A stretch of 64,000 nt of DNA from an uncultured Chloroflexia bacterium (GCA_963813535.1 CAWEZH010000002.1:1056001-1120000), one strand, 5' to 3'; positions 18,026-30,788 are shown, counted from the first letter of the stretch. Made by a program: numbers and translations. Notes: generated from the sequence alone by a model not told the origin.

Positions 18026-20065
18026 ATGCAGCGGCGCGGGGACGACCAACCAACGGTCTTCACCGACCACGAGGGGCACGACCGCTCACCCTCGTCGAGA
18101 TACGTCCAGTCGTCGGACCGCCTGCCGAAGGGCATCGCGCGACGGACCGGGGTCGTCTTCGTCCACGGCATCGGGACGCAGACCCCGAGCGAGACGTTTC
18201 TCGATTGGTCGGGCGCGATCGTCGAACTGCTCGCCGACTGGCGCGAGGCCGAGGGCACTGCCGCAGCGACCCAGGGCACCCCCGCGGCCACCGACGCCCC
18301 GACGGGCACGACCCCCGATGCGGATCGCATCGATGACCCCGTCTGGCGGGCGGAGTTCTCGTTCAACGCCGCCTCGCCGCCGTACCTCGAGATCGCGGTA
18401 CCCGAGCACGCCGGCGTACCGGCCACGACCTGGGTCGTGACCGAGGCGTGGTGGGCATCGGATCTGCGAGCGCCCAGCCTCGGCCGGACCATCGACTACC
18501 TGCGGCGTCGCATGGGGACGGTCGTGGCCGGCATCGCTGCGGGCTATCGCGACCGCTCCCCGCGTCTCCACGAGTTGGCTCAGGCGACCGACGTGATCGG
18601 CGAGGGGCGGCCGCCGCTCGACTGGCGGCTCGCCGAGCGACTCGATCTCGTCCAGTCGCTGACCTTCGGGGCGCGACCGGTCGGCTGGCTGGTCGGCGGG
18701 GCGGGAGCCGTGGTCCTGGCCGGGTACGACCTCCTGCGGCGCATCCCGATCCCGACCGTCCGCGATTTTGCGGCGCGCAAGATGATCGACAGCTTCCTGG
18801 TCGACTGGTTCGGGGACCTGCCGGTGCTCCTCGACGAGCCGGTCCAGTCCGCCAACGTCCGGGCTCGGCTGGCGCGGTCGATCCAGCGGCTCGTCGACGA
18901 CGACTGCGACGCCATCGTGATCGTCGCCCACTCGGGCGGAGCGCTCGTGAGCTTCGAGATGCTGCTCGACCCTGCCTACCGCGACCTCCGGGTCGACAAG
19001 CTCGTGACCCTCGGCCAGGGTCTCGGCCTGGCCTGGCGACTTGCCGCGGATCCGGCCGTGCGCGAGATCACCCCAGGTCACCGGCTCGTCGGCAACCTTG
19101 CGAAGGCCCGGCCGGGTCTGCGCTGGGTCGATGTCTGGGCGTCATATGACCCTGCGCCGGCCGGTCCGCTGCCAGCGCGTGGCGGGATCACGCCCGATGC
19201 CCCGAACCGCTCGGTGGCCGCCCCAGCCACCGCCACGCCGGTCGCCACGGGCGACACGGCTGACGTGCCATGGCTCATGCAGGCGCCCGTGACGCTGCCG
19301 GGCGAGCCTGCCCCGGCATCGCCGCCCGAGACGATCCTCGTCGAGTCGCGTCCGGTGACCAACGAGATGAACGTCCTGACCGACCACGGGTCGTACTGGA
19401 CGAACCCCGAGGGCTTCCTGATCCCGCTCGTCCGCCACCTGGACGCGGCGCTCGGCGACGCGTCTGCGTCGCGCTTCTACCGGGATCGTGCCGACCGGAC
19501 GCGGCGGATCGTATGGCGTCGACAGCGCGTGTCGACGCTCGCGGCATGGGGCTGGCTGTGCTCCGTGGCTGCGATCGCGACCGCCCTCGTGCTGATCGTG
19601 CTCCAGGCGGCTGGTGACGACCGCCTGACTCGAGCCGGGGACTTGATGGTGGCCGCATGGGATCGGATCCCCGGGCACGAGATCGTGTCCGGCCCGGTGA
19701 CCGCCATCGGCGCCGTGATCGGCGCCGTGATGGATAGCGTGGGGCTCGGCGGGCTAGCGGATGTGCTCGCCAGTCTCGGACCGGTCGTGCTCGGGCTGGC
19801 GCTGACGTTCGGGCTGTCCTACGCGCTGGCCAAGGTCGGTCTCGCGCGCTGGCACGACTGGGATCGACGGGAGCGCCGCGCGATGCATCCGGAGACGCCC
19901 AGTCTCCCCGACCGCTCGATCGCGGGTGCCCAGGCGATGCTTCTCGTCGCGGGGGTGATCACCCTCGCGCTCTCGGTGTTCGGGCTCGGCCTTGCGGCCG
20001 CGCTGGTCCTGGTGCTCGGAGCAGCCGCCGGGCTCGTCATCTGGGCCCGGCGGCCGTTCCGCTGA
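18026..20065 (+). CDS. Membrane protein with lipase-like alpha/beta-hydrolase domain
   Basis: VFVHGIG, VAHSGG, KLVTLG, YDPAP, DHGSYW; several C-terminal TM helices. Confidence 0.75.
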   Translation: MQRRGDDQPTVFTDHEGHDRSPSSRYVQSSDRLPKGIARRTGVVFVHGIGTQTPSETFLDWSGAIVELLADWREAEGTAAATQGTPAATDAPTGTTPDADRIDDPVWRAEFSFNAASPPYLEIAVPEHAGVPATTWVVTEAWWASDLRAPSLGRTIDYLRRRMGTVVAGIAAGYRDRSPRLHELAQATDVIGEGRPPLDWRLAERLDLVQSLTFGARPVGWLVGGAGAVVLAGYDLLRRIPIPTVRDFAARKMIDSFLVDWFGDLPVLLDEPVQSANVRARLARSIQRLVDDDCDAIVIVAHSGGALVSFEMLLDPAYRDLRVDKLVTLGQGLGLAWRLAADPAVREITPGHRLVGNLAKARPGLRWVDVWASYDPAPAGPLPARGGITPDAPNRSVAAPATATPVATGDTADVPWLMQAPVTLPGEPAPASPPETILVESRPVTNEMNVLTDHGSYWTNPEGFLIPLVRHLDAALGDASASRFYRDRADRTRRIVWRRQRVSTLAAWGWLCSVAAIATALVLIVLQAAGDDRLTRAGDLMVAAWDRIPGHEIVSGPVTAIGAVIGAVMDSVGLGGLADVLASLGPVVLGLALTFGLSYALAKVGLARWHDWDRRERRAMHPETPSLPDRSIAGAQAMLLVAGVITLALSVFGLGLAAALVLVLGAAAGLVIWARRPFR

Positions 20066-20088
20066 CGTCGGATCGCGCTGAGCGATCG

Positions 20089-20322
20089 CTATTCGAAGAT
20101 CGGGTACATCTGGCGGTACCGCTTCTCCCACTCCTGGCCGTACGTCAGCCACTTCTGGCGATAGGCGGCCTGGGCGGCCTCATCGTCGGCGCGGGCCTGG
20201 ATGACCGCGGGGATCGCGATCGCCACGGCTCCGCCGGCGAGCCCGCCGAGGAGCGCGACCGCGAGGGTCGCACCCACGACGGGGTTGCTGATGGTCTTCC
20301 GTTGCTGGACGAGCTCTGCCAT
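20089..20322 (-). CDS. Small single-TM/exported hypothetical protein
   Basis: MAELVQQRKTISNPVVGATLAVALLGGLAGGAVAIAIP..WEKRYRQMYPIFE; AAGGAG RBS. Confidence 0.75.
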   Translation of the reverse strand: MAELVQQRKTISNPVVGATLAVALLGGLAGGAVAIAIPAVIQARADDEAAQAAYRQKWLTYGQEWEKRYRQMYPIFE

Positions 20323-20414
20323 GTCTTTGGGCTCCTTGATCTCGGTGAGGTTCGGTCGGCTGGTCATCCGACCAGCGCTGCGTCGATCGTCGGCCCCGAC
20401 CGGCTCCGGCGAAA

Positions 20415-20461
20415 TCACGGATATCCCTATTTCTGGGTGCCCACCACACGGCATTCCCTAT
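20415..20461 (-). promoter_or_regulatory. Two 16-bp LuxR-type binding boxes, 31 bp apart
   Basis: Minus strand ATAGGGATATCCGTGA (20415-20430) and ATAGGGAATGCCGTGT (20446-20461) resemble the PimM consensus CTVGGGAWWTCCCBAG. Confidence 0.6.
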
Positions 20462-20468
20462 CTGCCAG

Positions 20469-23284
20469 TCACGACCCGGCGTCGGGCGGCACCTCGTGCA
20501 GTCGCGGATCGGTGCCTTCGATCGCGAGCCGGGCGAGCTCGGTCCGGCTGTGCACATCGAGCTCGCGGAACAGGCGCGTCAGGTGGGCCTCGACCGTGTG
20601 GACGCTCATGAAGAGCGCGTCGGCGATCTCCCGGTTCGACCGGCCTGCGGCCACCAGCTCGACGACCCGGTGTTCGGTCGCCGTCAGCGGGGCCCCGGCC
20701 GGTCGTCTCGCGGCGACTCGGGCCAGCTCGGCCCGGGCTCGGCCGGCCCACAGGCGCGCGCCCAGGCGGGTGAAGATCGTGACCGCCTCTTCGAGCGCCT
20801 CGCGCGCCCGAGCCTTCTGGCGCGCCCGGCGACGGACCTCGCCGGCCGTGAGAAGCGCGCGAGCCTCGATGAACGGGATGCCGGCGATCTCGGCCAGGGA
20901 GATCGCGCGTTCCGAAGCGGCGAGAGCCGCCTCGACGTCACCCCTCGCCGCCAGCACCATCGAGTTCGCCCGCTCGACTTCGGCGTCGATCCAACGGACG
21001 CCGGAGGCCCGCAGGCGGAGCGTCCAGCCATCGGTCAACGCCTCGGCCTCGTCGATGCGGCCGACCGTGACGAGGACCTCCACGGCGAGCACGATCAGGG
21101 TGCAGGCGGACGCCGGCTTGAGCGGATCCGTACCGGCCGTCGCTGAGCAACAGCTCGATGCGGCGGTGCGCGGCAGCCGCGTCACCGAGCGCCAGGTCGA
21201 GCTCCGCAGCGGAGACTGCCGTCGACCACCGCTCATGGGCCAGGGCGGGATTGCTCTCGAGTCGCTCCTGGACCGCGCCCTCGATCCGGCGGGCCTCGTC
21301 GACGTCGCCGCGAAGGGCGGCGAGCCGATGGCCCAGCACGTTCAGGTCGTCCATCCAGGCGCCTTCGCCTGTCTGATAGACCCCGGTCGTGGCTTCGGCC
21401 AGCGTGGCCGCGGCGCTCGCGACGTCCCCTGACCGTGCATCGATGCCCGCCTTCACCAGGAGCAACCGCGGCAGTCCGTGCCAGTCGCCCCGTTGCCGGG
21501 CGTACGCGACCAGGCGATCGATGCGCAGACGCGCCTCATCGAACGCGCCGGCGTCGCGGAGCAGGCGCGCGAACTGGAGATCCGGATGTTCCACCGCGGG
21601 AACGCCATCGCCGATGGCGGCTAGGCCGTCGGCGCGGTCCATGAGCTCCCGCCAGTCCTCGCCCAGCCGTCCGCGCCACGACGCGGCATGACCGAGGATC
21701 TGGGCGAGCACCACGGGATCTCCGAGGAGTTCTGCGAGGCGCAGGGCTTCAGCGGCATGCCGGGCACCGTCGCCCCAGCCCTGCCACGTGACGTACGCGA
21801 CCCCGGCGAGGCCCTGCTCGATCGGGATCCGCCTGGCGGGGTCGTCGTCGACGATCGATGCCGCCTCGCGGTAGAGCTCCCGCGCGTCGTCCCACTCAGC
21901 CTGGACGAGGAGCAGGTGGGCCAGACGTGCGAGGGCCTCGGCACGCTCCGACGGCCCGCTGGACTCCTCGACGAGCCGCTCGAGCAAGCGTCGTCCTCGC
22001 TCGATGTCACCCGCGGCGATGTGGTACTGCGCAGCGGTGGACAGTCGGTCTCGCCGCGCGGGTCGCTCTGCGGCCGGTGTGAGATCGGCGGCTCGCTCGG
22101 CCGACCGAGCAGCGGCCTCGGGAGCGCCTCGCTGGACCGCCGCGCGAGCCGCGTCGTCGAGGGCCGCCGCGACGTCAGCGTCGGGTCGCGTGGATGCGCG
22201 CGCCAGGTGTGTGGCCCGCTCCTCGGGTTCGGCGATGACATCGGCCAGCCGACGATGGGCGTCGCGGCGATGCATATCCGACGCCCGGGCATACGCCGCG
22301 GCCGCCAGCAGCGGATGCGTGAAGCGCACCTTGTCGCCATCCGTCACGAGGACGCCTTCGCGTTCGGACTCGACCAGGCCGGGCCGGACCGCGTCGGCAC
22401 CGATCGCGGTCTCGAGGAGCCGCACGGTCGGCTGCGATGCCGCGGCTGCGTAGACCGAGACCGCCTCCGCCTCCGGGCCCAGGCGGTCGAGTCGGGTCCC
22501 GACGAGGGCGTCGAGACCCGATCCTTTCGAGAACGCCTCCAGGTCGGCCGTCGCCTGGCCTCCGGCGATCGCACGCCCGAGCTCGAGGGCGTAGAACGCG
22601 TTACCGCCCGAGACGGCACGCAGGCGGACGAGAGACGGCCGCGGCAGATCGAGGCCGATGCGCGACCGAAGGAGCCGGTCGATCTCGTTGAGCGTCAGTT
22701 CGCCGAGGTCAAGCCGGGTGATCCGTTCCGGGGCGACCCCATCGAGCGCGGCGATCTTCGCCTCTCGGTGGGCGGTGCGCTGTCCGGCGATGACGCCGAT
22801 CGGTGCGTCGTCGAGGCGTCGTAGCACGAAGTCGAGGACGCGGGCCGACGGCTCATCGAGCCAGGGCACGTCATCGATGGCGATCACGAGCGGCTGGATC
22901 GCGGCAGCCTCGCGGAGCACCTGTCCGACGCCGAGGGACACCGCGAGGGGTGGCGGCGCGGTCGCCGCGGGGACGCGCAGGAGCGCGGCCTCCAGCGCGA
23001 TGCGCTGTGGCTCCGGGAGGTCCTCGAGCTGCCTGCTTGTGACATCCCCGAGCAGGTCGTTGAGCGCCGCAAAGGCAAGGCCGGTCTCGACTTCCGTGGG
23101 TCGCGCGACGAGGACACGATGTCCGCGCTCCCTGGCTGCGTCGACCGCGTGATGCCCAGAGGGTGGTCTTGCCGATACCTGCCGGCCCGGCGAACAGGAG
23201 CACGCCGAATCGACTCTCGATGGAGTCGAGGAACCGCGCGGTCTCCGCGAGTTCGCGTTCGCGGCCGACGACGGAAGGGTTCAC
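20469..23284 (-). CDS. AAA-ATPase/LuxR (STAND, LAL-type) regulator, frameshifts near 23152 and 21145
   Basis: VVGRERELA, GPAGIGKTTLW, IAIDDVPWLD, SGGNAFYALEL, FTHPLLA, LTATEHRVVELVAAGRSNREIADALFMSVHTVEAHL. Confidence 0.88.
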
Positions 23285-23353
23285 GGCCCGATGCAGTGTA
23301 TGGCGTGCGACGGTGGCACCGGCGGGCTTGGCGGCGAGGCGTAGCCTGTCGGC

Positions 23354-26156
23354 GTGGGCGAGGAGTTCGTCGGACGCACTGACGAGCTGGGGGCGATCGA
23401 CGTGCTGCTCGCCGAGTCCCGCCGCGAGCGTCGCGTGGCTGCGCTGGTGCTGGTCGGGGAGCCCGGGATCGGCAAGTCGCGACTGCTGGACGAGGCCGAA
23501 CGGCGAGCCGCCGGCGACCGGATCCTGCGGTTCTCCGGCTACGAGCCGGAGACGAGCGTGCCCCTCGCCGCCGTTGCGCCGCTCCTCCGTCGGCTCGCGG
23601 CGGCCAGCGAGGACCGGACGTTCGTGGGTCTGCTCGGTCCCGACGCCGAGGTCGGCGGGCTCGATGCGATCCGCATCTTCGAGTCGGTCCATCGCCAGCT
23701 GACCAGCTTCCGACCGGCGGCGCTGTTCGTCGACGACCTGCAGTGGGTCGACCCGCTCTCCATCGCGCTGTGTCACTTCCTCGTTCGCGCGGCCGCGGGA
23801 TCCGGCCGCGGCCTCGCCCTCGTCGTCGCGTCTCGGCCGTCGCCGATCGCCGACCGATTCGCGGCCTCCCTGGCGACCGCCCTCGGCGAAGGACAGAGCC
23901 CGACGACGCTGCACCTGCGTCCGCTCGATCGCGCCGATGGCGTCCGATTCGTCCTCAGCCGGAGCGGGAGCAGCGATCGACGAGAGGCGGTCGAGCTCTG
24001 GCAGCGCGCGGGCGGATCGCCGTTCTGGCTGGATCTGCTCATCCAGACCGATGGCGGCGAGCGCGACTTCGACGCGGTCGTCGCCGCGCGGATCCAGGGC
24101 CTCGGTGCTGACGCGAATGCCCTCATCGCGATGCTCGCCGTCCTCGGCCGCCCCATCGACCGGACCGAACTCGAGGGCATCATCGAATGGCCTCCGGAGC
24201 GCATCGTCAGCGCATCGACCGAGCTGTCGCTCCGAGGGCTCGTGATCGACGACGGCGGCGCCACGCGTCTCGCACACGACCTGATCCGGGCTGTCGTCGT
24301 GGGCCGCATCCCGGGCGCGACCCGTCGCCGGTTGCACGGGCGCATCGCGACGGCGCTCGAAGCGCAGTCGTCGGGAGATGTCGGAGTGATGCTCGCCGCG
24401 CTCGAGCATCGCGTCGCCGCCGGTCGATTCGACGCGGATCTGGCGCTGCGCATCCTGGCCTCCCCACAGCGCCGCCTGATCGGATCGGACGGCGTGCGCA
24501 GCATCACCGACTCGGCGCGGGACGAGACCGATCGCGGTGCCCGCACCAGCGTCGACCAGGCTGCTGCCGCGCTGGCCGCCGAGCTGGGCGACCAGGAGCT
24601 CGCGCTCGATCGCTGGACCGCCGTCGCCGAGGCGACATCCGATCGTGTCCTGGCGGCTCGCGCAGGTTTCGGCGCGGCACTGGCGGCCTATCACCTCGGA
24701 CGTGATGACGAGGCGCGTCGGTGGCTGGACGCCTGTCGCTCGAACGGCGTCGACGCTCCGGATCTGGAGATCTCGGCCGATGCGCTCGAGGCGCGGATCC
24801 TCTTGTGGCTCGAACGACGGACCGACGACGGCCGAGTGATGGCCATGCGGGCCGTCGAGCGAGGCCGGCGAGCGATGGCTGGTCCGACGCCGACGACGCC
24901 CGTGCGGGCGGCGCACGTCGATGCCCTGGTCGCGGCGTGGGAGGCGGCCATCCAGGCCGAGGATGTCGACGGCATGGTGGACTTGGCGGAGGAGTCGCTC
25001 GAGGCATCGCGGGACATGGGGCTGCGTGAGGTCCTCGCCGCCCGCTCGATGGTCGGCATGGCCCGCGAATACGCGGCCCCCCAGTCACAAGCGGCTGACG
25101 CGTATCGCGCCGTCTGGGACGAGGCGTGGCGGGCCGTCCTGCCGATCGAGGCCGTCGATGTCGGATACCGGCTGGCGGCGGTCCTCTTCGACATGCTGCT
25201 ACCTCGACGAGGCAGGCCGGGTCGCCCAGGAGGCCGAGCGGCTGGCGGAACGGACCGGCGGCCAGGGCCGCGTGCGCGACCGGACCCGGCTGGTGAAGTA
25301 CCAGCTCGCCATGGCGACGTCCGATTGGCGCACGGGCATGGCCGGGTTGCTGACCGCTGCCGAGGCCGAACCGGATCCGCACTATCGCCTCGTCCACCAT
25401 CAGATGGCTGCGCTGTGGCTGGCACGACTCGGCGCCAGTGAGCAGGAGGCGCTTGGTCACGTCGACGAGGCGCGATCGCTCGCGGCCGCCGCGGGCTGCC
25501 TCGCCTGCGGACGAGATGTCGAGGTCGCGGTCGCGGAGGTCTTCGCACGCTTCGACCGAGCCGCCGATGCCCGTGACGCACTTGCGAACTGGGATGCGGT
25601 CGGTCGTCGATCGTGGGTCGAGGCCGAGTGGCTTCGACGACGGATCGGCGCCCTCGTCACGATCGCCACCGGGTCTGCCGACCGCGATGCCGGCGCGGTC
25701 CTGGCGGGGCTGCGGGACGAGGCCGACACGCTGGGACTCGGCTTCGATGCCCTGTGGACGGACCTCGACATGGGTCGGCTCCTCGCGCCGAGCGACCGCG
25801 CCGGCTCGACGGCGGCCTACCGGCGTGCGGCGGAACGCGCCGATGCAGCGGGGGCGCCGACCATCAGGCGGCTGGCCGACCAGGGCCTGCGAGCCCTCGG
25901 GGAACGTCCGTGGCGACGCGGCCCGACCGCGTCAGGCGGTGAGGGCGTCCGCGACCTGTCCGACCGGGAACGCGAGGTCGCGGACCTCGTCGCTCTCGGC
26001 GCCACGAATGCGGAGATCGCGACGCGGTTGTTCCTGTCCCGCAAGACCGTCGAGCACCACGTCTCGAATGCCCTCGCCAAGCTCGGCCTGCGTTCACGGG
26101 CGGAGCTGGCGGCGCATGTGGGCCGCACGGGCCCGGTCCCCGCGGACACCGATTAG
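23354..26156 (+). CDS. AAA-ATPase/LuxR (STAND, LAL-type) regulator, frameshift near 25200
   Basis: FVGRTDEL, GEPGIGKSRLL, LFVDDLQWVD, AGGSPFWL, HDLIR, LSDREREVADLVALGATNAEIATRLFLSRKTVEHHV. Confidence 0.88.
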
Positions 26157-26232
26157 GGCACCTCCCCCATGAACCGCTGATCGGGTCGCCCGAACCTGAC
26201 ATCCATCGGTCGATGGACGACAGGAGGCGATC

Positions 26233-26802
26233 ATGGACACGCAGGGATACACGAGCCAGTTCGGGACCGCGAGCGGGACAGCGAGCGGTCGAGGGCAGCT
26301 AGCCCTGATCACGTTCCTCGTGGGTGGGCTCCTCGGGGCCGGGCTCGGCTGGAGTGCAGCCAATCCGGCGACGACCCCGTCCGCCGTCGGCACCGCCGAC
26401 GGTGCGGGAAGCGCGGTGGTCGCGCCGGCCGTGGCAGCGCCGTCGGCGTCACGGGCACAGAAGGCGACGCCGGCCCGCCGGTCGATCGCCGTGGCCATCC
26501 CCGGCGAGCGGGACTACATCACGTCGTCGAAGCTGGCCGTCGCAGGGACCGCGTACGGCCGCCCGCACGGTCCGCGGGTCCGATCCGTCCAGGTCGAGCT
26601 GTACGTGGCGGGCGAGATGATCGACCGCGCCGAGCTCGACGTGTTCTCCTCGCGGTTCGCCGGAGTGCTCGAGCTGCCGACGCTGCTCGGCCGGGTCGAC
26701 GCCGAGTTGCGCATCAGCAACCCGACACGGCCGTCGGGTCCGATCGTGGTCCGGCACGTCACCATCCACGCCCCAGCCGGCACGGAGGACGCATCGGGCT
26801 AA
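26233..26802 (+). CDS. Exported hypothetical protein: TM helix, Ala/Pro linker, Ig-like beta domain
   Basis: AGGAGG RBS; LALITFLVGGLLGAGLGW; C-terminal IAIP..LAVAGTA..VQVELYV beta-strand pattern. Confidence 0.7.
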   Translation: MDTQGYTSQFGTASGTASGRGQLALITFLVGGLLGAGLGWSAANPATTPSAVGTADGAGSAVVAPAVAAPSASRAQKATPARRSIAVAIPGERDYITSSKLAVAGTAYGRPHGPRVRSVQVELYVAGEMIDRAELDVFSSRFAGVLELPTLLGRVDAELRISNPTRPSGPIVVRHVTIHAPAGTEDASG

Positions 26803-26828
26803 CCACCCGAGGGGGAACCCTCCGAAAC

Positions 26829-26870
26829 CCGAGGCGACGGAGTCCGGCTGGGGCCGGCCCGTCGCCTCGG
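26829..26870. terminator. Stem-loop between convergent genes
   Basis: CCGAGGCGACGG..CCGTCGCCTCGG 12-bp stem. Confidence 0.6.
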
Positions 26871-26907
26871 CGTGCAGGCGGGACGGTCCGCGAGGAGCAC
26901 GCTCAGG

Positions 26908-28113
<1,206 letters not shown>

Positions 28114-28136
28114 GGCGCATCGATAGTATTCGCGGC

Positions 28137-29033
28137 TTGGACGACGAACCGACCTCCGCCTCACGGGTCTTGGGCATCGGCGAGCTGCTGTGGGACGTGT
28201 TCCCGGACGGACCGCGGCTCGGCGGGGCACCCTTCAACGTCATCGCGAACATGCGGCGGATGGGCTATCCGGCAGCATTCGTGTCGGCCGTCGGCGACGA
28301 CGAGCTCGGTCACCGGGCGACAACGGCTGCCATGGACATGGGCATCGACCCGGCCTTCATCGCCACGTCGCGCGAACTGCCGACCGGCACGGTCTCCGTC
28401 GTGCTCGACGCGGCCGGCGGTCACCGGTTCGAGGTCACGACCGCGGTGGCGTACGAATCGATCACCGGGAACAGCGGCGTCCTCGAGCGGATCGAGGCGT
28501 GGGCGCCCGAAGCGATCGTCTTCGGGACGCTGGCCCAGCGCTTCGCCGGCACGCGCGATCTGACGCGCCGGGTGGCGGCCGACCCAGGCCCAAAGGAACG
28601 CCTCTACGACGTCAACCTGCGCGACGGCTGCTGGACTCCCGAGCTGGTCCTCGACCTGCTCCCACTCGCCACGGTCGTGAAGGTCGACGATGCGGAGGCC
28701 GCCGTGGTGGCGAGCCTGCTCGGATGCGACCGCACGGCGGCCGCCATCGGCGAGCGACTCGCGGCGGGATCCGGCGTGCACACGGTCTGCGTGACGCGCG
28801 GTCCGAACGGCGCTGAGATGTGGTCGAGCAGCGTGATGTCGACCGTTGCGGGGATCCGGGTCGCGGTCGCCGATACGGTCGGTGCGGGGGACGCGTTCGC
28901 GGCCGCCCTGCTGCACGGGATCCTGGTGGACATGCCGGCCGCGGAATCGCTCGGCTTCGCGAACAGGCTTGGGGCGCTGGTCGCCTCACGTCCGGGTGCC
29001 CTGCCGTCCTGGAGGCTCGACGAGATCCTCTAG
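28137..29033 (+). CDS. PfkB family carbohydrate kinase (fructokinase-like)
   Basis: GIGELLWD, GGAPFNV, YDVNLR, DTVGAGDAF; TTG start inferred from the TAGTAT box. Confidence 0.92.
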   Translation: MDDEPTSASRVLGIGELLWDVFPDGPRLGGAPFNVIANMRRMGYPAAFVSAVGDDELGHRATTAAMDMGIDPAFIATSRELPTGTVSVVLDAAGGHRFEVTTAVAYESITGNSGVLERIEAWAPEAIVFGTLAQRFAGTRDLTRRVAADPGPKERLYDVNLRDGCWTPELVLDLLPLATVVKVDDAEAAVVASLLGCDRTAAAIGERLAAGSGVHTVCVTRGPNGAEMWSSSVMSTVAGIRVAVADTVGAGDAFAAALLHGILVDMPAAESLGFANRLGALVASRPGALPSWRLDEIL

Positions 29034-29062
29034 GTCACGTCGGACAGCAGGTCGTCGCCGGA

Positions 29063-30742
29063 TCAGACCGCGACGGGTTCGCGGTACTCCCCGAACACGC
29101 CGCGCAGGACGCCGCACATCTCGCCGAGCGTGGCGTACGCCTCGGCCGCGCGGATGAAGTGCGGCATGAGGTTCGTCTCGCTCGAGCCCGGACTCGAGGC
29201 GGCCTCGCGCAGTCCGGCCAGGGCTGCCTCGACCGCGCTGGCATCGCGCTCGCGCCGCGTCCGCTCCAACCGCGCCATCTGGCGCTCGAGCGATCCCGGC
29301 GGCACTGCCAGCACCGGCACCGTCGTGTCCTCGGTCTCGTCGACGAAAGCGTTGACCCCGACGATCCGCCGTTCGCCGGCGTCGAACTCGCGCTGGTAGC
29401 GATACGCGGCATCGGCGATCTCGTGCTGCGGGTAGCCCTCCTTGATGGCGGCGACCATCCCGCCCCGCCGGTCGATCTCGTCGAGGTACCGCCAGACCTG
29501 ACGCTCGGTCTCGTCGGTCAGCGCCTCGACGAACCAGGAGCCGCCGAGCGGGTCGACCGTGGCGTCGACGCCGGTCTCCTCGGCGATCACCTGCTGCTGT
29601 CGGAGAGCGAGCAGGGCGGCCTCGGCGGTCGGTACCGCGAGCGCCTCGTCGTAGGCATCGGTATGCAGCGACTGGGTCCCGCCCAGCACCCCGGCCAAGG
29701 CCTGGAGGGCGACCCGGGTCAGGTTGTTGAGCGGCTGCTGGGGCGTCAGCGAGACGCCGGCCGTCTGGGTATGGAAGCGCATCCACGCCGATCGTTCGTT
29801 CTCGGCCCCGTACCGTTTCGTCATCAGGTCGTGCCAGATACGACGGCTCGCCCGGAACTTGGCGATCTCCTCGAAGAAGTCGGAATGCGAGTTGAAGAAG
29901 AACGACAGGCGCGGCGCGAAGTCATCGACGCGCAGCCCGCGCTCGATGGCGGCCTCGACGTAGGCCATCCCGTCGGCGATCGTGAACGCGAGCTCCTGGA
30001 CGGCGGTCGAACCCGCTTCCCTGATGTGATAGCCGCTGATCGAGATCGTGTTCCAGCGCGGCATCTCGCGCGTGCCGAACTCGATGGTGTCGGTCACGAG
30101 ACGCATCGACGGCTCGGGTGGGAACAGGAATTCCTTCTGGGCGATGAACTCCTTGAGGATGTCGTTCTGGAGCGTGCCCTCGAGTCGATCGCGCGGGACG
30201 CCGGCCTTCTCGGCCGCGACGATGTACATCGCCCAGATCGGGGCGGCCGGCGAATTGATGGTCATCGACGTGGAGACCTTCTCGAGCGGCAGCCCGGCGA
30301 GCAGGACCTCCATGTCGGCCAGGCTGCTCACGCCCACGCCGCACGTCCCGAACTCGCCCTCGGCTTCCGGGTCGTCGGTGTCGTAGCCGTACAGGGTCGG
30401 CATGTCGTAGGCGATCGAGAGGCCGGTCTGACCGGCAGCGAGCAACTGGTGGAAGCGCTGGTTCGTGTCCTCGGCCGAGCCGAAACCCGCGAACATCCGC
30501 ATCGTCCACAGGCGGCTGCGGTAGCCGGTCGGGTGGATGCCACGTGTGAACGGTGGCTCACCCGGCATGCCGATGCGCGTCTCCGCGTCGCCGTCGGCCG
30601 ACCACGGCCCATACAGCCGCTCGATCGGCATGTCGCTGATGGTCGAGAACCGCGGCTTGCGCTCCGGTGCTCGATCGAGCGCCGGCTCGAGGCGGTCGTG
30701 CTCCCACTGCGCACGGCGGCGGTCCGTCGGGCGGTCGCTCAT
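29063..30742 (-). CDS. icmA: B12-dependent acyl-CoA mutase large subunit, isobutyryl-CoA mutase type
   Basis: [10 protein letters not shown] (Phe at the MCM Tyr89 position), [13 protein letters not shown] (Gln at the Arg207 position), [15 protein letters not shown]; no fused B12 domain. Confidence 0.85.
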   Translation of the reverse strand: MSDRPTDRRRAQWEHDRLEPALDRAPERKPRFSTISDMPIERLYGPWSADGDAETRIGMPGEPPFTRGIHPTGYRSRLWTMRMFAGFGSAEDTNQRFHQLLAAGQTGLSIAYDMPTLYGYDTDDPEAEGEFGTCGVGVSSLADMEVLLAGLPLEKVSTSMTINSPAAPIWAMYIVAAEKAGVPRDRLEGTLQNDILKEFIAQKEFLFPPEPSMRLVTDTIEFGTREMPRWNTISISGYHIREAGSTAVQELAFTIADGMAYVEAAIERGLRVDDFAPRLSFFFNSHSDFFEEIAKFRASRRIWHDLMTKRYGAENERSAWMRFHTQTAGVSLTPQQPLNNLTRVALQALAGVLGGTQSLHTDAYDEALAVPTAEAALLALRQQQVIAEETGVDATVDPLGGSWFVEALTDETERQVWRYLDEIDRRGGMVAAIKEGYPQHEIADAAYRYQREFDAGERRIVGVNAFVDETEDTTVPVLAVPPGSLERQMARLERTRRERDASAVEAALAGLREAASSPGSSETNLMPHFIRAAEAYATLGEMCGVLRGVFGEYREPVAV

Positions 30743-30788
30743 GCGGCCGACTCTAGCACCGGGTCGCCCGTCCTTCGACCGCGGTCGG

